Below, one piece after another: positions 53,581 through 64,000 of a DNA stretch of 64,000 bases. The stretch is from Naegleria gruberi (Eukaryota). Both the position numbers and the translations under genes were made by a program. The notes below the pieces were generated by a model. It worked only from the letters and a program-made list of their open reading frames with translations, did no database searches and was not told the origin of the DNA. Where the stretch lies: NCBI GenBank assembly GCA_000004985.1, contig GG738909.1; one strand, written 5' to 3'. Each line of letters opens with the position of its first letter. The first letter of the stretch is position 1.

Positions 53581-54468
53581 TTAAACAAAAAGTGGCGATT
53601 TATAGTCATGTATTTGAAGTAAATCTCTCTCGTGGGAGTTTTGAGAGGCGTTCAGTTTGCTTTTAAATGCTTTAACATTGCTTTGGAATGACGATGGAGA
53701 TTTACAAAAAATGTTTGGAGAACTGAGACTTGATTCAAAGACTGGTTTCAGTTTTGTTCTGTTTGGACTAAGTGTTTCAACCTTAACTGCAGATGGTCTC
53801 TTTTTACAATGTGCAGGAGGAGAATTAACTCTAAAGTCAAGGAAGGAAGCAGAGTAGGACTTGGCAAATTGTGGTCTTGGTGGTGTTGATGGGGAAGATG
53901 GAATTGAATTGCTATTGGTAACTGTTATGGAATAATGACTTGTTGTTTCAGCATGGTCAATGGAATTAAAATCCACAGAGTGAATTTGGAAAGGTGAAGA
54001 AGGCATTGAAATGGATTTTGGTGTTTTACATTCTGTAATGTTGTTTTTAGCCTCTGCAGCCAAGCTTGATGATCGTCTTCTTTTAAGATTATCATAATTA
54101 TCAAATGAAGCCAAAAGAGAAAGTGGAATTCTGGTTCCTTTTTTCAACATTTCTTTTCTATGCGAAAGATCAGGACCACAGTTATCTTTAGAGTTGATTT
54201 CAAAATGCTTTGGTGGAGAGGATTGTATGAAAGTGTCATTCTTATGGTGGTAGGAAGAAGTATTTGGTGAGGTGGGGCTCATTAAACCTCCATGAATGGC
54301 ATTAAGGCGCTTATGATGTGATCTAGGGGTTGTTACTGGTGAAGAACAAGTTGAAGAGGTATTGGAATCAACTTGTGGTAATTCATCATTCTTCCATAGA
54401 GAATGAAATCTTGGAGGACTAGTCGATCCGATGATCTCTGCTTGGAAATATAATGTCGATTGATCCAT
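53581..54468 (-). CDS. Ser/Pro-rich low-complexity protein of unknown function (295 aa)
   Basis: ATG at 54466-54468. Continuous ORF. Composition Ser/Pro/Thr/Asn-rich with no recognisable domain. Confidence 0.45.
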   Translation of the reverse strand: MDQSTLYFQAEIIGSTSPPRFHSLWKNDELPQVDSNTSSTCSSPVTTPRSHHKRLNAIHGGLMSPTSPNTSSYHHKNDTFIQSSPPKHFEINSKDNCGPDLSHRKEMLKKGTRIPLSLLASFDNYDNLKRRRSSSLAAEAKNNITECKTPKSISMPSSPFQIHSVDFNSIDHAETTSHYSITVTNSNSIPSSPSTPPRPQFAKSYSASFLDFRVNSPPAHCKKRPSAVKVETLSPNRTKLKPVFESSLSSPNIFCKSPSSFQSNVKAFKSKLNASQNSHERDLLQIHDYKSPLFV

Positions 54469-55207
54469 ATTAATAATGAAACTGTTGTTTGTTGGTGAAG
54501 ATTCTGCAAAATTGTTTTATCTCTCAAAGATCTTTTAAAAGAAGATTAAAGAGTGGTGGATTAAGGAAGTGCTTTGTTTTACAACCGAATTCTGAAGTCT
54601 AGAAGGAAGAATACTCAAGTTGCAAATATAAAGAAAAGAGGTAGGGAGGAATGTAAATCGATTTTTTAAGATGAAGATGTTCAATAAGATACGCATGAGA
54701 TTGAGAGTTGAAAGCGTGGTTTCCCTCCTGTTCAAGAATACATCAACATCAAGGCGCCATCAATTAACCTCCTTGTTACTGTAATGAACATGCTTGTTGA
54801 TTGTGACTCAACCAATCGGAGACGCTTGAAGATGCTGATGCGTCCTTAATAGTAAACATGTACCAAAATGAATGCTTAACATGTGGCTCACTTCAACAAG
54901 TAGTCGTTGGAAGAACCTTAATACGTCTAACACTATCAAATTGGTATGTTTTTGCAAATAAGGATATTATCTTTGCATATACAATCATTGAAAGTATGGA
55001 AAATCAAACCAAACATTTCAAAAAATTTATATACAACAATTCAACAGCTTAATTAAGGTGTACCTGTTAATTTCTTCTCCTCCTGCACTTTTCCTCGCAC
55101 TCTCATATGAATTGTTATCTTCCACATATCATCCATGTATTGATAGTTCATTCACTGTTTGTCCCGATAGAATAATCAGTCAAAAATCCAACTTTATAAA
55201 CACAGCA

Positions 55208-58095
55208 CTAAACATGAATAACTATAGAATTGGGAGAATTAACATTATCTGAATTATCATTTTGTTCCTGTTGTGATGATTCCAATATTCTTGAGGAGAG
55301 AGAAGACGAAATGTTCAATGGAGCAACTCTACTTGTTGGTAACGTTGGGGAACTGTCATTGAAGGAATTGCTCGATCCTATTATTGAGTTACCTCTCGTT
55401 GATGAAATTAGAGAAGCTGAGGAAAGAATGGATGGAGAATCCAATGATGATTCAATACTACTTGATAACTCTGAATTGTCATGACAAGAGCTCAGTAAGG
55501 TCTGATCATTGGATAAATCATATTGAAGTGAAAATCGAAGGAATGTATCTTTTAAGAGCATGGATTTTACAACCTTTTCTATGCTTATGAAAAGATCTAT
55601 TTGTCCGTAACCTTCTGCAATGTTTTTAACTTCCTTTTCTCTGACTTTTTGAGAAATGTTGATTGCATAAGGTGAATTATCACACAAATACTTGTTGAGA
55701 ATCTCTGCTTGCTTCTTTGCTCTATCTGATGTTTTCTTAATCGACTTGTATAGTAATATATCTTCCAAAAAGAGAATATTCTCTTCAGAACATTCCTTTT
55801 CACAGAATTTCTTTCATCATGTTCAGATTTTACAAATTAATAAACAGGACTTACCTTAAACATTTCTCTTCCGTTCGAATTCATCATTACCCTTTCAAAT
55901 TCCATACCCAACTTGAAATCTTGCATTCGTTGCTCTTGAACTTTCACGGCTTGTCTCAGTTCCACTTGTTCACTCATATTTCTGGCCACAATAACATAAA
56001 CCTGATGAATATTTCCCTCGTCCAACATGATATCCACTTTACTGGTCGATACACTCACTGGAATTTCTGAGCCAAGATTGGAGAGTATGGTGGTGTCCCA
56101 TCTAGACTTGGTCTCTGCCATATTTTCCAAATATTTCAGAATTTCATCATTGAGATGATTTGGATTTTCAATGGAATTGTATAGAAACGCCATATCACTA
56201 CCATTATTTTGTGAATCCATCAGAGGTGCTTTCTGTAAATACTGGCTCACCAAATTGAATTGTTTCTTTAAAATTCTACTCTCAAATATTGTATTGAAAT
56301 TCACAATTTGGGCGGTCTTTGAATCGACAGAGAATATGAAATCATCGATAGAGTTCATGATAACTCTAGATTTTTGCTCAGATAGTGATGTCTTTTCCAA
56401 TAATCGTTGCATGAGTTCATTGTCCTCACTGAGAATGGTCTGGGTGGCATCGAGGGCATCCAACATGTTATTGACATCTTCACATAGCATTCCCAATTCA
56501 TCAGAACCAACATTTGGAACTCTTTCCTTGATATTTGTCGAATTGGTTATAATTCTTACAGCATTTGTCAATTTTAACAATCTTTTCAACACTACAATTT
56601 CCAAAAATATAATTAATCCAATAGAGAGGAGAATAATCATTACTGTCATTACAGACCAAGTAATTAGAAATGATGTAATACCAAGAGTATAGACCTCTCT
56701 ATCAAAATCTGTTCTTATAACCATCGATCCATCACTAATCAAATCATAATACTCTTGAAATATTGAAATCTTACTTCCGTATAGAATGGCCTTATTGGAA
56801 CAGAGTCTATTCTCGAATAATGGTAGATTGAGATCATTCTCATCAACAGAAAATTGTTGAATAAACTGTCCAGTATTATTCGACCACAAACTCTGTGAAG
56901 AAACTCCCTCAATTAAAGTTTGAGTCCAGGATGAGGTTTTTTCTGAAATTATTTTCGAAGTCTGCTGACTAGTCAACTCTGTTTTTGATTTATCACTTGA
57001 CAGAGACTTGGCAAATAAATATCTGTCTCTACTACTCCTCAAATTATATGGTGTTAAACAATATTGACTTCTGTCTGACATGTCAGTAAAAAATTCTCTA
57101 GTTTGATATCTTCCAAATATCATAATTCCATAAGTCTTTTGATAATCTGTATCTTGAATTGGCATTGCAGATAATAGCAATAAATTTAACAGTTTAGTCT
57201 GAGTGGTAATGTTGAAATTTTGATTCAATCCTGAAACTGTTATATTCGAAACAATTAAATCAAATAAACTCTCTGAAGGTGAATAAAATCCAACATTTCT
57301 AGTTGATGGATTTGACATACCATCCATCAAAACTCTTCCTATTGAGCTAGCTTGAAGATTTATCAAATCATTTGGAATCTTATCTAGTCTATATCCATCA
57401 AAACATCCCAATCCACTCAAATAAGTTCCATTCATATAATAAATCAATGCAAAATTAACTCTACTTGTCAATTGATATTGACAATGCAAATAATAATTTA
57501 AAAATTGATTTGCCAAAACAGTTGCATTAGAATTCGTATTCGTTACAACATCAATTGCATCTTTGAATGCACCATATTCGAATAGACGTGATGTTAGAAA
57601 GTAAAAATCATCAAATAAAGTTCTACTTGTTCGTTTGGCTGATTCCATGGCCATTGAATTTTCCACACTTAAAAAGGAAATATTAAAGGCTGTCAATAAA
57701 ATTGCTAAACAAGTTGCCATCAAGAGGAGAAATAATAAGATTAGAATAATTGTTATTTTAAATCGAAGACTTTTGTGAATTAAAACTGATTGACTGTCAG
57801 GTGTCTGAGCTGAGGAGGATGGATCCATGACATTTAAATTATTGTCATCATGATTATCTAAATGTATGGATTTTTCTATTAATTCTTCCGAGAATTGAGT
57901 TAATTTTTTAGAATTTCCAAATAATTCAAAACTATTCGAATCGTTTTCATTAGAATATTTTATATGATGAACATTTTTAATTCTTTTCAAAGAAAGTAAA
58001 TTATTCTTGAAGGTTTTTCGAAACTTCGTACTGTTAACTGTTGTTGGAAGAATTGTTTCTTGTTGGTTCTTTTTACTTCCTTGTTGGTTTGACAT
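55208..58095 (-). CDS. Receptor-like RGS protein: 2-TM extracellular sensor + HAMP + PAS-like + RGS domain; 2 exons (55855..58095, 55208..55810)
   Basis: ATG at 58093-58095 (MSNQQGSKKNQQ). TM1 is ITIILILLFLLLMATCLAILLTAF. About 335 aa follow with many N-glycosylation sequons (extracellular). TM2 is ITSFLITWSVMTVMIILLSIGLIIFL. HAMP segment LKRLLKLTNAVRIITNSTNIKERVPNVGSDELGMLCEDVNNMLDAL. PAS-like block RVIMNSIDDFIFSV...NIHQVYVIVARNMSEQVELRQ. Exon 1 ends at ...REMFK|GTAAGT (donor 55854). A 44-nt intron ends ...gaaag. Exon 2 is in frame: KFCEKECSEENILFLEDILLYKSIKK...YAINISQKVREKEV, the RGS-domain signature (compare RGS4 [21 protein letters not shown]). Ser-rich C-terminus. TAA at 55208-55210. Confidence 0.7.
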
Positions 58096-58267
58096 TTTTT
58101 TTGACTCTTCGATTGCCAGGTCAGACAAGTGACATACACTAATGTAATTGTACGTTTATTACTATTCTTAAACTATTGATGATGAATTGAGAGACTAATG
58201 GATTCCAACTTATCATAACTCATTGATGAACTTGTATTTACAATTTATTTTCGAACTTTTAATTCAT

Positions 58268-60919
58268 TTACTTCTTATTCTTCTTCTTTGGATCAACATT
58301 TGATTTTTGATCTTTCTTTCCACTATTTGTATCAACTTTTAAATGTTTAGTTTGTGGAGCAGATGATTCACTTTTTTCAACATCTGATTGTGGAATTGGA
58401 GTATTTGGTTCGTCCATATTAATGTGATTTCTACTAGTTCTCAAACTACTTGCAATCTTTTCATAAATCTTCAAATCCTTAGAAGAAACTGAAGGTGGAA
58501 TCTTCTTTAAGGCAATCTTGAAATGTTCTCTCGTTACAATCATTTCACCAATTGCCTTATTTGGAGTATTAGTATTAGATCTTCCTTTCAATAAATGTTC
58601 TTTCAAACATGATGTTGCAGCTTCTCTAACCAAAGCAGCCAAATCAGCGCCTGAAAAGTTTTCACACAATTTGGCAATTTCTTCCAAGTTTACATCTGAA
58701 GCAAGAGGTGTCTTTCTAGCAATGGTTTTCAAGACACTGATACGTTCTTGTTCGTTTGGTAATTTAACGTAGAGAAGTTTGTCCAAACGACCTGGACGTA
58801 ACATGGCTGAATCGATCATGTCAGGTCTGTTGGTTGCTGCAATGACAAATACCATTCCTCTCGATTCTAAACCATCCATGGCAGTCAATAATTGATTTAC
58901 AACACGTTCAGAACTTTGTGAGCTAGATTCATTATCTCTCTTTGGACACAAGGCATCCATTTCATCAAAGAAAATTACACAAGGTGATGAAGCAGCAGCA
59001 CGACTGAAAACTTGTCTGACAGCTCTTTCAGATTCACCAACATATTTGTTCAAAAGTTCAGGTCCCTTAATTGAAATAAAGTTAGCACCACTGTCGTTTG
59101 AAATGGCCTTAGCCAACAATGTCTTACCACAACCAGGTGGACCATAAAGTAAAACACCAGCTGGAGCTGTAAGTCCAAGTTTCTTATAATGATCTGGATT
59201 CTTAATTGGTTCCATAATGGCCATTCTCAATTCTTCACGAACTTCTTCCAAAGCACCAATATCATCCCAAGTAACATTTGGAACTGTTGCAAAACCTTCA
59301 CGTTTAGCACTTGGTTGAACCTTCTTAATGGCCTTTTCAAAATCGTTAAATGTTACATAAAGATTGGCTAATTGTTGTTCTGTTAATGGTTCCTTCATGG
59401 AACGAAGAGTTTCAGAAATGATATTTCTACGCTTAATATCCTCTGGTGAATCATGTGAAACAGTTGAAGTGACAGGAGTAGTAGGTGAAGCAGCTGTATC
59501 AACTGCCATTGGATCATCCCCTTGTTGTTGCTCAGTTCCAAAGACAATATCACCAAATATTCTGTGAATTGCAGCAATAGCAGCTTCATTAACAAGAGCT
59601 TTCAAATCAGCACCAACATAACCAGGAGTATTGTGTGCAATGGTTTTAAAATCAAAAGTATCATGTCCACCATCCAATTTTAATTTTCTAGTGAGAATGT
59701 TGAGAATTTTCATTCTGGCCTTCTCATCTGGAATACCAAGTGAAATTTCTCTATCAAATCTTCCAGCTCTTCTCAAAGCATCATCTAATGAATCAGGTCT
59801 ATTTGTGGCACCAATTATAATTACTGTTTTACCTCCAGTTTTTTCCAATGTTAAATCATCCAAACAAGTAATCAATTGAGCAACGATACGTTTTTCCATT
59901 TCCTTTGAAGCATTATCTCTCTTACTTAAAATTGCATCAATTTCGTCAATGAAAATAATACTTGGTGCATTGGAAATTGCATCACGGAAAATTTGACGAA
60001 TCTTGGCCTCAGATTCACCACTCATACCACTAACAATTTCAGGAGCTGAAACTTTAAGGAATGGAATTTGTAATTCACCAGCAATTGCATTAGCCAACAT
60101 GGTTTTACCACAACCAGGTGGACCATGAAGTAAAATACCACGTGGTGGTTCAACACCCAATGTTGAGTAAATTTCTGGATGCAAAATTGGATATTCAATC
60201 AATTCACGAATATCTTGTAAAATATTATCAATACCTCCAATATCACTAAATCTAATATTTGGTGTTTCAACAATAATCTTTGGTTTTTTGGAGGAGCCAC
60301 TACTTGGATCCGATTTGGTCTTTTTCTGAGGTGGAGCTTCTTTCACTTCCTTTGATGATGAACTGGATGAAGCAGTATTCGAATTGGATGAAGCAGAAGT
60401 ATTATTAGAGGAAGAAGATTGAGAATTGGAAGGAGTAGTATTGGTAGTAGTTGAAGAAGAATTTGGTTGTTCTCTCTTTCTCTTCAAGTCATTTTCATTA
60501 TTTTCAAGAGAAATGTTAGTTGATTGTTCCTTATAGACATTTTGTAATTGGTAATTCATTGAAGTCTTTTCATTATTAATAACTTCCTTGAGTTTGGCAA
60601 CTTTTTGCATTCTCTTTTCTAATTCTTCTTTTGAAATTTGTTCTTCTTCCGATGATGATGATTCATCTTCTCCGAGAAGTCTATCAATTGCTACTAGACA
60701 AATTTCTTTAAAATCCAATAAAGGAATTTGTTTATAATCCTTTTCATGTGATTTTCTCAAGTATGTACAGAGTGGTAATATTTCCTTTTCCCCAATTGAT
60801 GTTTTATCATGTGATTCCATGTACTCTTCAATACGTTCAAGAAGAGCACTCTCATCAATTTTAGGTCCTTTAGAAGATGCTTTACGATTATTATTGTTAT
60901 GTTTTTGTTGTTTACCCAT
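58268..60919 (-). CDS. Nuclear AAA+ ATPase NVL/Rix7-type (two AAA domains)
   Basis: ATG at 60917-60919 ([15 protein letters not shown]). The ORF-track start at 60934 is TTG. D1 Walker [16 protein letters not shown], Walker [10 protein letters not shown]2 Walker [16 protein letters not shown], Walker B VIFFDEMD. Arginine fingers and SRH regions present. Asn/Ser-rich linker between the N-domain and D1 typical of NVL. Confidence 0.85.
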   Translation of the reverse strand: MGKQQKHNNNNRKASSKGPKIDESALLERIEEYMESHDKTSIGEKEILPLCTYLRKSHEKDYKQIPLLDFKEICLVAIDRLLGEDESSSSEEEQISKEELEKRMQKVAKLKEVINNEKTSMNYQLQNVYKEQSTNISLENNENDLKRKREQPNSSSTTTNTTPSNSQSSSSNNTSASSNSNTASSSSSSKEVKEAPPQKKTKSDPSSGSSKKPKIIVETPNIRFSDIGGIDNILQDIRELIEYPILHPEIYSTLGVEPPRGILLHGPPGCGKTMLANAIAGELQIPFLKVSAPEIVSGMSGESEAKIRQIFRDAISNAPSIIFIDEIDAILSKRDNASKEMEKRIVAQLITCLDDLTLEKTGGKTVIIIGATNRPDSLDDALRRAGRFDREISLGIPDEKARMKILNILTRKLKLDGGHDTFDFKTIAHNTPGYVGADLKALVNEAAIAAIHRIFGDIVFGTEQQQGDDPMAVDTAASPTTPVTSTVSHDSPEDIKRRNIISETLRSMKEPLTEQQLANLYVTFNDFEKAIKKVQPSAKREGFATVPNVTWDDIGALEEVREELRMAIMEPIKNPDHYKKLGLTAPAGVLLYGPPGCGKTLLAKAISNDSGANFISIKGPELLNKYVGESERAVRQVFSRAAASSPCVIFFDEMDALCPKRDNESSSQSSERVVNQLLTAMDGLESRGMVFVIAATNRPDMIDSAMLRPGRLDKLLYVKLPNEQERISVLKTIARKTPLASDVNLEEIAKLCENFSGADLAALVREAATSCLKEHLLKGRSNTNTPNKAIGEMIVTREHFKIALKKIPPSVSSKDLKIYEKIASSLRTSRNHINMDEPNTPIPQSDVEKSESSAPQTKHLKVDTNSGKKDQKSNVDPKKKNKK

Positions 60920-61064
60920 TTTTTTTGAGTTCAATTATTACATTGAAAGTTTAATCTTTAAATAGCTATTATTGCGATAAGGCGATTGTTGAATATTATG
61001 TACAGTTTGATGAGAACAAATAGTAAATATTAATTATTATTAAATAATATATTTTTTTACTTGT

Positions 61065-61922
61065 TTACAACTCGTGTGAAGTGGTGGTCAATTGTTCGTT
61101 AATCTTCAAGTTTTGTTGCAAGAGGTGTGATAAATAGACAATCATTTGCAAGTCCTTGTTGTGTTGACCAATAGTCTTATCAAAGTCATCAACTGGCTTC
61201 AAGAGTTGGAATGAAGACAACAAAAAGTGGTACAATTCAAAGTTCTTCTTGTTCGAAGATTGCAAATACTTGCCAATTTCTTCCAAATCCTTCTTCAATT
61301 GTTGGATAGTTTGTTGTAAAACAATATTGCTTTGCAAATACTTGTTGGTTTGGAGGTAGTTCATTGACAACTTTTCATTATCAGTCATAATGTATTCAAC
61401 TCTAACTTGTTCAAACAATGTACCAACAACTTTGTCCTTGAATTTCAATTCTCTATTCATGTATCCTTTGAAATCTATTAATCTTCCGGTGACTGTTTCG
61501 TTACCTTGTGGAACATTGATAGTACAATCAAGGACGAGTGGGCTCTTCATGATGTTATCACTGAAAGATTGATAGATTTGTTTATCAACTGTTGTTTTCG
61601 ATGTTGAAATGGTGTAGAAACCTATAAGTGTATCATTAGAGTAGACACGATGATGAAGGCTTTCCATCTTTTTGTAATAGGAAACATCAATATCGGTAGT
61701 ATTTTCAGTAAATTTCAAAGGAATAGTATTCTTAATTTCAAAGTATCCTCCTTCTCTGAACTCTCCAAATAAACATCCAATAATATCAGTCTTTGAATTA
61801 AAAGCAACTCTTTGATAATGATCCAAAATATTCAACATTACCAAAGGATGGAGTTTATAAGTAGAAGTGGTTGTACCATTGTTTTTCTCGTTGATGAGAA
61901 GACAGCTTGTGCTTCCTTGCAT
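61065..61922 (-). CDS. MPN (Mov34/JAB) domain protein lacking the JAMM metalloprotease motif (CSN6/eIF3f/Rpn8 family)
   Basis: ATG at 61920-61922. MPN signature YKLHPLVMLNILDHYQRV...DIIGCLFG. No HxHx7Sx2D motif. Among MPN-minus family members the motif pattern is closest to CSN6. Confidence 0.6.
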   Translation of the reverse strand: MQGSTSCLLINEKNNGTTTSTYKLHPLVMLNILDHYQRVAFNSKTDIIGCLFGEFREGGYFEIKNTIPLKFTENTTDIDVSYYKKMESLHHRVYSNDTLIGFYTISTSKTTVDKQIYQSFSDNIMKSPLVLDCTINVPQGNETVTGRLIDFKGYMNRELKFKDKVVGTLFEQVRVEYIMTDNEKLSMNYLQTNKYLQSNIVLQQTIQQLKKDLEEIGKYLQSSNKKNFELYHFLLSSFQLLKPVDDFDKTIGQHNKDLQMIVYLSHLLQQNLKINEQLTTTSHEL

Positions 61923-62633
61923 CTTTTGTATATGATGATGGTGTGATTAATATTCGGCAAATAGCAAGGCAACAAAAAGCACCGTGATGATGAGAATATT
62001 TTTTCAAGTCAAAAAAAATTTACAAAATATTTTTTATTTTATTTTTAAAAATGTTTGCTTCAAGATTCTTCGCATCATAAACAAGGTGGTTGAGAAGAGA
62101 ACAATGGAAGCAATCTGAGTTTTACATTTAATTTTGGCTCATGAAAGAAAGAATTAATAGAAGTAATTTTGGTGATTGAATTCAACAGAGAAGTTATTTT
62201 CTTCAATGAAGATTAGAAAGCCTAATGATGAATAATTAATATATATTCTTAATTTAGGCAATGAGGTTGTATCTTGGTAATCAAGATTAATGAACCAATT
62301 CATTCTTAAAGAAATATTAAGGGATTAATAACAAAAGGTTGATGATAATGGATTTTAGAAAGCTACCATATGATATTGTGAATTATTGAATGAAACACCA
62401 AGTCGAGATGAGCCTTTGTTCCACTTCATGAATTTCAGCATATTACCCATCAGAATAAATCGGAGCAATCTTACCAACCATTTTACCATCATGCTGATTA
62501 TAATAACAGCCCAAACTCGATTCTTGTTAATCTAATGATGAGAAGTATGATGGAAGATGATAATCAGAATCACATAAACGAACACCTCACCGAGAATCAA
62601 GTAGAAAAAGGCTTTGAAAATTGTTTGTAAAAA

Positions 62634-64000
62634 ATGCAACAAAATACGCTGTTGCCAAATTCTTCTCATAAGAACAATACGACAAACAACAATACCACAA
62701 CAATGGAAAATTGTTCAGCATTGGACTCATCGAGTAATGCAAGTAGTGTAGAAGGTAAATGTTCAGCTACGACAAATTCTGCTGTACTTTCATCAGGAAT
62801 TAATCATTCGGATAATTACAGTGCAAGTCTTCATCATCAACCAGAAGAAGAAGAAGAAATTTTACACTTTGATTCCTCTGCTTGCTCTTCCTCAAAACAA
62901 AATAGTAGTGAAAATAATGCATTACTCTCTGCTGGGGAGAATGAAAAAAGTAGTCAAGCTAATTTTACAGCTTCATTATTGTCTTCTTCATTAAATAATT
63001 ATTCTGAAATTAATTCTTCTGAATTGAATGAAGTTGTAAATAATAGTAGTAGTACTAGTTGTAGACTAAATAGTCATATAGGAACTTCCGAACCTATTGA
63101 TGAATCAACAAGTTGTTTTCGGAGATGTAATTCTCTTATTCAACAATTGTTATATAGAATTCAACCTTCTTCCGAGTCTGAAAAACACAGAAAAGAAGTG
63201 TTTGATATTATTGCTGCAGTGCTAGAGTTAGCCAACCTGAAAGTAAATATCAAATTTATTTACATTTTAATTAATGAATTTTAAATTAGACATATTTATA
63301 TGGATCAGTAGCTTTTAAAACTTATTTACCTGATGGAGATATAGATTTAAGTGTGTTTGTGAGTAATGAAGAATACTTGGAGCTTTCATCACAGAATGTA
63401 AATAATTTGTTAAGTCATCAACCTCAAGTTAATGATTCAACAATTTCTTATGTTCATAATGTTTTATTAAAGAATATGCATATTGGATTAAAACAACAAT
63501 TAGCAGACCCATCAATACCATGGTACAACAAGGCAAGAAGTTTATTTTCAGAAATTCAGAGAAATAATCTTGCTTATATTGAGGATATGACATTTATTAA
63601 TGCTGAAGTTAAATTAATCAAATGTACGGTTAACAACATTCCTATTGATATGTCATCAGGTCAAATTGGAGGTTTATCCACTTTATGTTTTTTGCATGAA
63701 GTTGATGATAAGATTGCTGATAATCATCTATTTAAGAGGAGTATCATTTTAATGAAATCATGGTCTTACTATGAAAGCAGAATTCTGGGATCTCATCATG
63801 GTTTAGTATCAACATATGGATTAACTGTCTTGTTAATGTATATGTTCCGTTTGTACAAAATTGAAACACCACTTCAGGTGAGTAATTTATTATTTCATTT
63901 TTAAATATGAAATGTTAATTATAGGCACTTTATAGATTTTTAAATTATTATAGTACCTTTGATTGGACTAATTTTGGTATTAGTATTTATGGTCCAATAC
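62634..64000 (+). CDS. Cid1/GLD-2 family non-canonical poly(A)/poly(U) polymerase, 3+ exons (62634..63242, 63290..63877, 63925..>64000), 3' partial
   Basis: ATG at 62634. Ser/Asn-rich N-terminus. Exon 1 ends ...HRKEVFDIIAAVLELANLK|GTAAAT (63243), followed by a 47-nt intron. Exon 2 opens TYLYGSVAFKTYLPDGDIDLSVFV, the nucleotidyltransferase G[S]x9-13Dh[DE]h motif. Exon 2 ends ...IETPLQ|GTGAGT (63878), followed by a 47-nt intron. Exon 3 opens ALYRFLNYYSTFDWTNFGISIYGPI, PAP/Cid1-like, and runs off the window. Confidence 0.65.

Noticed and set aside
1-64000. Prokaryotic-style features (operons, CRISPR arrays, IS elements) or recognisable eukaryotic transposons or LTRs
   Set aside because: None were found. 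All genes have eukaryotic hallmarks (spliceosomal introns, Pol III genes with T-run terminators, histone H1, ADA2). No long terminal or inverted repeats or reverse-transcriptase or transposase ORFs were seen.

Overview
This window is AT-rich, gene-dense eukaryotic nuclear DNA, roughly one third GC by eye. Standard stop codons are in use: TAA, TAG and TGA all end conserved genes where expected. I can support about 38 protein-coding genes, two identical dispersed 5S rRNA genes, and three tRNA genes (Gln-TTG, Ala-AGC, and an intron-containing class II Leu). No prokaryotic features, CRISPR arrays or recognisable transposons are present. Introns are GT-AG and mostly very short (41-54 nt), with a few longer ones (69, 89, 152 and 304 nt). 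Donors are mostly GTAAGT, GTATGT or GTGAGT. Codon bias is yeast-like (ttg, aag, gct, cca, aga). The ORF track uses alternative start codons (TTG, GTG), so I re-derived ATG starts where I could.

Recognisable products: cytochrome b5, cytochrome c1, linker histone H1, GGPP synthase, microbial-type terpene synthase, SMYD, ADA2, ceruloplasmin-like multicopper oxidase, OCA2/P-protein-like permease, epsilon-tubulin, a CDK11/12-like kinase (PITSIRE motif), a methionine-synthase-reductase-like diflavin reductase, CFAP20/Bug22, an NVL/Rix7-type AAA ATPase, an MPN-domain protein, and a Cid1-family nucleotidyltransferase. Gene content (epsilon-tubulin, CFAP20, OCA2-like, ceruloplasmin-like, MTRR-like) points to a ciliated or flagellated eukaryote, possibly a small metazoan or a flagellated opisthokont. 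I cannot identify the organism from sequence alone.

Most notable items: (1) a receptor-like gene with bacterial sensor-type topology (2 TM, extracellular sensor, HAMP, PAS-like) whose output is an RGS domain, interrupted by a 44-nt spliceosomal intron; (2) a terpene synthase in tandem with a conserved unknown-function gene, about 6 kb from a GGPP synthase; (3) two paralogous N-myristoylated PPPDE/DeSI-like peptidase genes, one of which has lost the catalytic Cys motif; (4) five ORF-disrupting lesions in conserved genes (H1, epsilon-tubulin, a pseudokinase, and an ankyrin/CPFH gene), pointing to sequence error, pseudogenisation, or both.
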